Shown here: piece after piece, positions 22,037 through 31,076 of the stretch
Layout of the letters: every line of letters begins with the position of its first letter
How positions within the stretch are numbered: position 1 is the first letter of the stretch
NCBI GenBank assembly: GCA_000826855.1
Contig: JTLS01000076.1
Coordinates: 1 to 34,409, forward strand
Source: Basidioascus undulatus
Taxonomy: Eukaryota
DNA: 34,409 nt
Direction: 5' to 3'
The notes under the pieces: generated by a model
Database searches by the model: none
What the model was told of the DNA's origin: nothing
What the model saw: only the letters and a program-made list of their open reading frames with translations
Made by a program: the position numbers and the translations under genes

Positions 22037-23311
22037 ATGGCCCCGCGCCCTTCGTCCTTCTTCGTACTCGCGCTCACCCTCATCCTCCCGCTCCTCATCG
22101 CCTTCGCAATTTCCCACTCGAACCTCTTTACCTCCTTACCCACTCCAAGCCCTTCACACCCGCAAGATCAAGCCATGTCGGCCGCTGCTGCCACCCCGCT
22201 GAAGTACCTGACCGTCCCCGCGCGGGCAAAGCACACGGCGTCGGTGATATTCGCGCATGCACGTTGACGATTGACTCGGTCTGTTACATCTGGAGAAGAT
22301 TATATTGACCTGGTGTGTGGTGGTGAACAGGGCCTCGGTGACTCCGGCCACGGCTGGCAGCCCGTCGCTGCGCAGCTGAGCGAGGCGCTCCCGCACGTCA
22401 AGTGGGTGCTGCCTCATGCGGTGCGTGTGCAGTTCTACATTCTTTTCTTGAGCGCGAATTACTCAACTGAAGGTGCGGCGGGTAGCCCTCGGTACCAGTC
22501 ACTGCGAACGGAGGCGAGCTTCTGTCTCTGCTTACCCAACGTCTGCCAGGCGAGCTGCTGATCCCTTCGTCCCCGCTCGAACAAGGCGCCGTCATGCCCG
22601 CCTGGTTCGACGTCAAGCGCTTCGGGGACCCCACTGCGCCTGTCTGTTACCCGCTCCCCCACCCATACGCTCATCCAAACGCGCTTCTGACCTTTGGGCT
22701 GCCGGGGTGGTGCAGGAAGACGCGGAAGGCATCACGCGTTCGACAGCGGACATCAACGCGCTCGTCGACGCGGAGGTCGCGGGCGGAATTCCGAGCGAGC
22801 GCGTCGTCGTAGGCGGGTTTAGCCAGGGCGCGGGCATCGCGCTCAACTTGGGTGCGTGCTGCCGTTCACAGTTCTGGGACGCAATACTCAAAAGGACACG
22901 CAACAGGGTTGACGAGCCCCCGTAAACTCGCGGGAATTGTTCAGATCAGCGGGCGATTCTTCCAGCAAGAGACCGCCATCAAGGTACCCCTCCCCTCCAT
23001 TCTCCCCACTTTTCCCTCCTCCCCCCTCACTCTCCGCTAAGTCGCGCTCCCACCCCAAGGCGCTCTCCCCTCACCTCCCCACGCTTCGCATCCTCGTCGC
23101 GCATGGTACCGCGGACCGGATCATCCCCTTCACGCAAGGTGGGCTCAAGACGCGCGAGGTGCTCGTTGGCGAGCTCGGGCTCGGGGAGAGCGAGCGCCCG
23201 GAGGGGGGGAAGGTCACGTTCAAGGCGTATGAGGGGCTGGGACACTCGGTTAACGATCAGGAGCTCGAGGAGTTGAGGGTGTGGTTGGAGGGGGCCGTAG
23301 GGAATGCGTGA
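22037..23311 (+). CDS. Acyl-protein thioesterase 1 / phospholipase-carboxylesterase family alpha/beta hydrolase, 7 exons (alternative start at 22175)
   Basis: Exons 22037-22258, 22331-22420, 22486-22513, 22586-22641, 22716-22851, 22907-22983, 23060-23311. Motifs KHTASVIFAHGLGDSGHGW, HVKWVLPHAP.VPVTANGGAVMPAWFD, VVGGFSQG (Ser), AHGTAD (Asp), YEGLGHS (His). Introns 1 and 3 need GC donors. Confidence 0.92.
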
Positions 23312-25385
23312 GAGGGGTTTTCGGAGGGGGAGGGGGACAGGGCGGTACGGACGCTACAGGATTTGTGCTTGCTTTGCTGGGCTGGCATTTCATAGAGGGA
23401 TTAATGAGAATCCGGCTATCAGGTTTTGGGGAGCCGGACTGACGTGTTGGATCTGGTAGCCTATGAGACGCGTGACAATCAAAAGATTTCAAGCATTGCT
23501 GCGAAGCAATGTTTGAGCTGCATTGCTTTTCCACCACTGGCGCTTGGGATTGGCGCACTTCCAATGTAAGTATGTTATCATGGGGTAGCAACAAGTATTA
23601 GAGCACAGCATTGCGAGTCCTGTGCATCTGTCTGCGGCCATTGGGTGCGAGAGCGTGAGCAGTCCTGCTCGTCTCTACCCTCTCCACGACTTGGATGCTG
23701 CAGAGAAGCTGCATCTTATAGTATAATTGACTGCAGGCGGTGACCTTCTACGGTGATGAATTGTCGAAGATCTTCCTCCGCATTGAGCGCGGCTCGAGCT
23801 CGCAGCCTCGCACTTGAGACTCCTTCCCTTCCGCACCCATAATTCTGGGCGACTCATAAAACCATAGTAAGTCCCCTCAATTGGTTCATGAAGGTTGAGT
23901 AACTTCCATGGCTTATTTGTGAGGTTTTTACGTCCCTTCATCCCCATTCTGCGTAGGCGATCTCAGCCAGTACCGGCCCCGACTCGTGAGGATCTTGCCA
24001 TGAAACCCGTCTTTGATTCTGGCGCAGTTTGACACAGTATGCGTTTGTCTTTTTCAAATGATCACAACGCACAGTGCACCCGTGTTCCGCACGCGAACGG
24101 TCGCATACATGGATGGATGGATGGATGTACGGCACACGGGGACCCAACCTGCTCGAAACATAATCATCTTGCTGGCGCTCGGCGGACTCTGGGTATACGT
24201 TAGACTACCGGATCAAATCCCAAGGCTTGGTAGGACCAGTGGAAGTCTCAAGCAAAGGGACAGGAATGCCAAAGCACCCGCGTACGACTGGGCTCGAGGA
24301 GGTAAACAAGAATGTTGCCCACGGACCGCGTCGTGGGCTTGCGGTCTGCATCATTTTTTGAGCCAAATTTGGGAGATACTGGGATTAACTTAGGGTAATC
24401 CATAGTGTCCAGAGCAGCTCGTTGGCAGCGACATCGCCCACGGGCGCTGAGCCAAGCCAGTGGGTGGATCTGTGCAGCGTAGAGGAGTCAGACGAAAAAC
24501 TCGTATTCCGCCCCAATGCAGAGCAATATAGTCCAGTTAGTATTAGCTTTGAAATTCTTTTCAAGATGCTGCTTCAAGACCCGTTGCGATAGGTAGCTTC
24601 GATTCACCGACTTTCCGGCCATCCTGGTGAAGTCAGTCGGTTGCGTGGCGCGGCGATATACGTAAGGCTGTCAACCTCACTTCGCCGTCGTGCTTGTCGA
24701 TGAGCGGGCGTGAGCCCCAGAAAATATTCAACAAATGTTCTTCTACTACAAGGACCGCTCGAGTCCGTAGCAGAGAAGCCCAACTGGGCGCGCAAAACGG
24801 TCCGTCGCGCGGAGAAACGATGATATCGACGGACTGTAGATTCCGTCGAGCGCCGAGCCCATTCCTCGGTGCTGTACAACCACTCTTGCACAAGGCATCC
24901 AAATCTTGGAATGGTGAATTGAAAGATCTGCATGCAGAAGGAAAGTCCGTGGATGGCTGGGCCGAAGCAAAACGCGGCAAAAAGTGTGGCAACGCTGAGT
25001 TGCAGTGTGGGAAGCCTCGACCCGCTAGTTAAATTCACCCCGCATCCCCGCACCCGCACTGCAGTGTCGCTCTCGCTGCAGCCTGGGCGTACCAAGGCCC
25101 ACCGCTTCCTGCGTTCTCACTCTGGCTGCTGTGTTGCAGACATCTGCAAAATCAACCTGTTGTGAGAATGGGCCGGCTGAATGCAGTCGCGCGCCGGCCA
25201 AGCTAGCCACATGCGGTCCAAGGTGAATAGTTGCACAGTTACAGGCGGCGCTGCTGCCGCCCTCTCGTACGCCTGCGAGCGCTGCAACTTCTGATAAGGC
25301 CAGTTTCTGTCCTTCACACTCACCACCTTTTCCCTCTTTTTCCTGTCTACCCCACTTCTCCACAATTCGCAGCTTGTACTTGGAC

Positions 25386-26370
25386 ACGACAGTGCCAGCG
25401 CCAGCGACTATCTCAGAGCATCTGTTGGTGTTCACCTTCAGTTACTGGGGCGATATGCAAGTACTCGTCCTGTTCTGTCGCTTCAGGCCCTTGAGCTCAT
25501 CATCCGTTTTGTTCACCCGTCCCGCTCTTAACCTCTTGAGCTCCATCCTCGCCGATTACTCGGACATGCCACATTCGTTACCCACGCCATGTCCAGTGAG
25601 TATCTACGGACCTTTCACCTCAGTCCCTGCTCTGAAATCCGACTCTACAGCTTCGCTGTCTCGTGCCGAGCTGGAGCGCCTCAACGCCCTCGATGGCCGC
25701 TTCCGTTTCGTCGGCATCGGCACACCCACTCTCAAGTCTACCAACTTTGCGCTGGCCCTCTTGGACACCGCTTTCCGCAAGCTCGCGGATCTGTAGCCCG
25801 CTACACTCCAGGACATCAGCGAGGGAAGGCGTCCCGAGGGCCTCGCTGAGGGCATGAAGGGTGACGAGACACTCCATAGGGGGAAGCCTGCTTGGGTTAT
25901 GGTGAGCGCTTTCTTAGGGGCGAACCGGAGACAGAATAGTGCTGACTCTTCTATCAGATGGACTTCTGCATTGGAGGCTTCGTGATGGAAGCCACCCGGG
26001 CTGCTCTGTGGACAGACGTCCCTGTTCTTGCCAGGATTGCTCTGCCGTTCCCCGCTGTCAACCGCTGCTTTTGAAAGTTATTCGTTACGTTCACTCCCGC
26101 ATAGCTGATCCCCAAATCACCTTGCTAGTTTCTGCGGTCCGCCGTCCGTCGGCGGTTTCGACGATATCATCGAGAACGTCGCCGCTATCTTTGACGATTA
26201 TAACAAGCGCGCAGGGCAATCTGAAGTCGAGATCGTGCTTGAGGTACGCCCGCCGGCTGTCTGTTGTTTCAAGCTTCGGCACTGATCGTGAGTTTTCGCA
26301 GTTGTGGTCCGCGGAGCACGGCGTCACTTGGGAAACCGGCAACAAGCTATCGAGGTTGGCGGACTCAAGA
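25386..26370 (+). pseudogene. GT1-family UDP-glycosyltransferase relic (N-terminal half only)
   Basis: Reconstructed pieces follow the N-terminal layout of fungal GT1 enzymes: EHLLVFTFSYWGD(I)RPALNLLSSIL (for WGHxRP), HATFVTHAMS, SRAELERLNALDGRFRFVGIG, KPAWVMMDFCIGG...TDVPVLA, FCGPPSVGGFDDIIENVAAIFDDYNKRAGQSEVEIVLE, AIEVGGL. Lesions: possible ATG>ACG at 25386, Asp at the catalytic His position, intron 1 acceptor CAC, frameshifts near 25563 and 26345, in-frame TAG 25794-25796. No C-terminal UDP-sugar-binding signature. Confidence 0.7.
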
Positions 26371-27373
26371 AACCTCGCGAGGTATTCGAGAATGTCGCGA
26401 AAACGGTAGAAGTTATCCTCGCAGCACGCCGTGAGGCCGGCTAAGATCGTCGCGGGAGAGAGGTCGAGCAGCGGCGCGAGTTGGTCGCTGACGGAGAGGA
26501 GTACGACCTTGCGGTTGGTCGGGCGCTCGGACGCGTCCAGCTCCGCCTCGTCTGAGTCGTCGATGCGCGGGAAAAACTGCGCCCCGGTGTTCTGCTCCTC
26601 GGCGGGCAGCGTTGGGTTGAACGCGGTCTTGCCCGTCCACCGTCCTCCGCGCCCGCCCGAGTGCGGTCCTCCGCCTCCTGAGCCGCTTGCTCGGAAAGCT
26701 CGCGGACGTACTCGTCGGAGAGGAGATTGTTCAATGTCTTCTGCATGTCACCTCCGAACGAGGCGAGCTTCACACGTAACGTGTCCTTGTCCGGCTGCGG
26801 GAATGACTCCCTGAGGAAAGCCACCGCGTCGGCCTCGTCCGACTCGAACGTCTCGGCTTGGCCTTCTGCGATGGGCCGGGTGGTCGAGGTCGATAGGCCG
26901 GGAGCCGGCGACGGAGCGACGGGAGGAGGCTTGGCCGAAGCGGCGGCAGCAGGCTTGGGCGACGCGGCGGGCGACTCCTTCGGCGTGCCAGCCTTCGAGG
27001 ACGATGCAGCTGTAGACGGTGCAGGGCGCGGCTCTGCCCTGCCCTTGCCTGTCAGGTCAGACTGTGTCCGCTTCGGCGCGGGCGTGCGCTCCTCCGCGGG
27101 ATCGAACTCGTCCGATGAGTGACCCGTATCCGCGCGCTTGCTGACCTCGACCCCCTTTGTGATTACCGCGGTCGTAAGAATGGGCAGCTGCAGGTCGCCG
27201 GGGACCTTCCCGGCGCGCGCGTCTTCTCGTGCGCGATCGAGAGTCGAGCGCACGGTGAGGACGCTGCCACGGAAGTCGGTGAGGGTCTTGTGGGTCGGTC
27301 GGTCTGGGGGAGGGGGAAGCCCGTTTACGAGCTCGTCGACGCGCATGCGGTCGACGGGTGGACAGTACTCGAT
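26370..27373 (-). pseudogene. 3'-truncated, frameshifted CUE-domain gene resembling the N-terminal part of Cue2/Smr-domain proteins
   Basis: Exon opens after a GCTGAC...TAG acceptor with IEYCPPVD, resembling the EYCPPxD start of fungal Smr proteins. CUE-like segment AVAFLRESFPQPDKDTLRVKLASFGGDMQKTLNNLLSDEYVRE. A 1-nt shift at 26640-26641 continues as WTGKTAFNPTL...LLSVSDQLAPLLDLSPATIL...DILEYLARFLE. No Smr domain is seen, and the putative upstream exon has TGA at 27465-27467. Confidence 0.6.
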
Positions 27374-28229
27374 CTATGTTAAACCGGCCAGACCGTCAGC
27401 AGGGCGTTGCATTCTCCTGCTTTCAGTGTATATTGGCTACTCGTGCCGTCCTCCGTGCAAGCGTTCAAGTGGCGCGTTCCAACTCGGCACCCAACCCAGT
27501 TTCCACATCTTGCCGCGACGAGGACACACTTCAAGCTCAAGATGTAACAATCTAAGCCCCAAGGCAGAGCCCGCGAGGTCCACGCCTGGAGCTATGAGCG
27601 GCGGCGCGGTCGGACGGAGTCGCGCGCTTCCTGGGGAGCTCTAAGGTGTCCTAGCGCGGTCAGCAAGCTCAGGAGACTTGTTATGACATGACTGAAGAAT
27701 ATGAACAGTTGTAGAAAAGCCTCGCGGGCCTACGCCGCCCTTGCTGGTTGGGGATGATGGGGTGCAAGGGCCAAGGGGAAGCGGCGGAGACTTGAGAGCG
27801 AGCGACCTGGACTTGCAGCAGCGGCAAATAAGGCAAGGAACGTTGCTTCCTTCTCCCGTTCCTCATCCGTCCTTGCCCATCAATGGAGCAACGCCTGCTG
27901 AATCAGATTATTTATTCAAAGTTGTCATAAATAAGGGCTCACAAGGAAAACTACATTGGTAAGAATGGGCGGTGGACACGCTTCAAATCATGTAAATTTC
28001 TCATACTTAAATCTTTGGAACTTTTCCTTCAAGGTGAGAGAACAAGCTGATGCGCACACATGCAGTGAATTCCAACGTAACATTGCATTTTCAACAGCTT
28101 GCTTGAGAGAACATCAACAACAACGGGACGCTTGAGATACTAGCTAATAGAGCTCATGTTGAGAGAAATGGAAGGGTTCGGTGTGGTGTCAAGCGTTTAA
28201 AGGACTACATGGGACTGAGTAGAGGTAAC

Positions 28230-28969
28230 TCAGACCTGTGCGCAGATGCCGGGGATGGAGGAGAGGTTGAGACCGATGTCGATGATGCGGCTGTGCAGGC
28301 ATCTCGTAAGTCTACATCCGCCGATGGAAGTTATAAATTGTGAATGGACAACGTACCCTCCAGAGCAGTCAACGAGACGGTTGCAGTCGGTGCGGTTGGC
28401 GTTGCGGTAGAACTAGCGGAGGCACGCGAAGGAGTCGACGGCATCAGCAGGTGTCGACACTACAAACGGGAGAAAAGGAGAAGCTTACAAGAGGGAGCTT
28501 GATGTCGACGGCCGGGATCTCGCAGTCGGGCTTGACAAAGATGGAGCGGCAAGTGCCGTCCGACGCACGGGCCGTGAAGAGCGGGCAGAAGGGCAGGCAG
28601 TTGCTCTGGCGAGAGACGAACTGGCAGCCGCTGGGCCCGAGAATGTCTATAAGGGGGAAAGAAATTAGTATCACCTCATTCACCGGCGTATAGGATATAG
28701 AAGAAGGGATTAGAGACGCACTGTCGAGGAGGTTAGCGTTGGCGGTGGCCGGAGTGATGGGAGTGACTGTTGAGGCGGACACCAGTCAGATCTGTTAACG
28801 GGAGGGCAGACTGGAGGGAAGTTTGGAGCGTACAGTTGGACTGGGGGTACTTGCAGCGGAGGAGGCCAGTGCCGAGCAGACCGCCCGGAGAGTTGATACC
28901 GAGTAGAGGGGCAGCGGCGGCGAAGGGCGCGGCGGCAACGGCGAGGAGGGCGACGGAGAGCTTGACCAT
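28230..28969 (-). CDS. Small secreted cysteine-rich protein (8 Cys, 144 aa), 5 exons, family not recognised
   Basis: Spliced product MVKLSVALLAVAAAPFAAAAPLLGINSPGGLLGTGLLRFTPITPATANANLLDNILGPSGCQFVSRQSNCLPFCPLFTARASDGTCRSIFVKPDCEIPAVDIKLPLFYRNANRTDCNRLVDCSGGRIIDIGLNLSSIPGICAQV. Signal peptide, phase-consistent introns (the first has a GCAAGT donor at 28854), C-ending codon bias, TATA-like CATAAAA about 120 nt upstream. Confidence 0.85.
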
Positions 28970-31076
28970 TGTGAAGGATAGGGTGTAGGAGGAGGGGGCT
29001 AAGAGGGAGGAGTAGAGCTTGAGTGAGCGAGCGACGAGTGAAGCGAGTGAAGTGAGGGAAGAAGTCAGGCTGAAGAAGACGCTGCCTTTTATGTGCTTCG
29101 AACAGCCTGCCAGCAATGCCGGATACGGCTCCAACCACCACGTGAGCATCAGGATGGTCCTTGTGGTTGGTTACACTCTTTGAAAGTAGCTGCAACGGTC
29201 AGCTTACGCGGAAAGAGCAGACCGGGGGAGCAAGCTCGAGTCAGGCAGGTGGCAAGGCAGCCTTGAGAGCAGCGTCCCTTTGTGATGTTGTGAGGAGAGT
29301 GGCGCTGTAATGAAGTGGTACTGGACCTTTCGGAGTCATGAAAAATGATGGATGCACATTGGAGAGGCGAAATGACTGCCGGTGCGCAACGGTCAGGAGA
29401 GCCTGTGGACCACGACCAGCCTCGCATCGTGCGCTCTTGATGAGAAGTAGAAGACGCCACACACAGATGATTCGAGCTACCAGGTAATTTGGCGAGACCA
29501 AAACCAAGACAAGGAACCGAGGCGAGCCAGGTAGTGGGCAATAGAAGGCACGAGGCCGGAGGAGGCCAAGAGCAATTTGAACCTTCCAGCGCTTGCAGCG
29601 TGTGTGGCTGCGACCGACGGACCGGCCGGTCCGCTGGGACATTCTCTCTCACTGAGCCTGACCGATCTGTTGGATTTTATGTGAGAAGAACCGCTTGGAA
29701 GGGTTTTGAAGGAGTTGCCCGGTAGCAATGGATGTCGTTGGAAGGTCTCCAAGAAGGGGGGGGCTTCCGGGGTGAGCATCACCTGCTGTGGACGCCTGAC
29801 TCTGCAGACAGTGCTTGTTCCGGTCGCTTGGTCGTAAGAGCCTGATGCGTTCCCAGACTACACCAGCCTAGACGGGAATTTAGAGCCTCATTTGTGGGCC
29901 GCTTGGCTTTTCTGGCTCATGGACCAAGCTGGACTGATCGGCTGCCGGGTAGCGTGCCAGGTTGCAATCGGGAGCTTCTTCCCAACGGACGACCGTCTGT
30001 CCACAAGCTTGATCCAAATGCTTTGGAAATGTATCAGCTTTGAATTGCCTCCGAGATGGCTCCATGGTCAATCTTCTGGGTCGCGCTTGCTACGGGTTCG
30101 AGTCGGTGCACCACTTTGAGCAGCGACTCATGTGCTGCTTGCAGTCCGTCTCGCTTTACCGCCGTCTTATGACATGGTGGGGGTGGGAGTAGAAGGCATT
30201 TACTGTAACACTTGCCCCATCAAGAAAATGTGCAAGTAAAGGAACCGCTCTGTCTGTGGCGAGTAGGCCTCAAACCGCCGCGATCAGTGCGCTGTGCAGT
30301 GCTTTCCATTCGGGAAGCAACGGGAAGCCAGCATTACCACAGAATAGATAGAGCGCCTTCATAAACCCACAATATTTACTCGGCTGACCGAAGCGGTCTG
30401 TCAAGATCTGTACAATGGCCCTGACCTGACGGTAGGTACCAGTTCTCACAGATCACATCGGAGAGCCTCCCGAGTCCCTTGTGGGTCATTGCCGCAGTTT
30501 TTGTCTATCTTTGAAACTCATTCTAACCTCATTTCTTCTAAGGAGTTATGGCCATACTCATTCAAACGTCAGTGTATAAATACTATGAGTCGAGCTTTCA
30601 CCTGGTCCGCTTGTGGCGACCGAATGTCCCAACAGCGTTGCATCCTCATCACAAGAGTTCCTCAACTGAGAAAGTCTCCCCCGCCTTCAGATCATCCATA
30701 CCTCGCAAATTGCCTGCACCTTGCAATAGCAGTCGAAGTTCTCCACTCCGCTATTAAAGAGTAGCAACAAGCGCCCCACGAGCGGGATTGACAACCAAGT
30801 TGCGATTGCAGGATTGCATGCGGTAGTACAAACGACATGGGTACCGGTAGCCTGATTCAAGTCCAACCGACCGAAAGAAAGAAAGAAAGCGAAACAAATA
30901 GAGAAAGTCAGGGTATGCGTATAGAAAAGCAGGCAGAGTGGCGCATGATGTGGTGGGGGCACGGCACGGCACGTAAGACGTAAAAGGTAGGACGAAACGG
31001 GAGGGAGACGGCATGGAGTAAGTGGACGTGAGGATCGGGAGCGCACTGCGCCCCGCAATGGAAAACATGGTGAGGA

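Noticed and set aside
24109..24127. (ATGG)n run, also (GAAA)4 near 30873 and a T run near 288
   Set aside because: Short ordinary microsatellites, not spacer-separated arrays.
23600..25000. Lower-GC tract with short ORFs as a possible transposon
   Set aside because: No terminal repeats, target-site duplication or transposase/RT/integrase motifs visible; at most unidentifiable coding debris.
28230..28969. Calling the secreted 8-Cys protein a hydrophobin
   Set aside because: It lacks the two CC doublets of the hydrophobin pattern.
30090..30112. GGTTCGAGTC B-box-like motif
   Set aside because: Flanks do not form a T stem or cloverleaf; not a tRNA.
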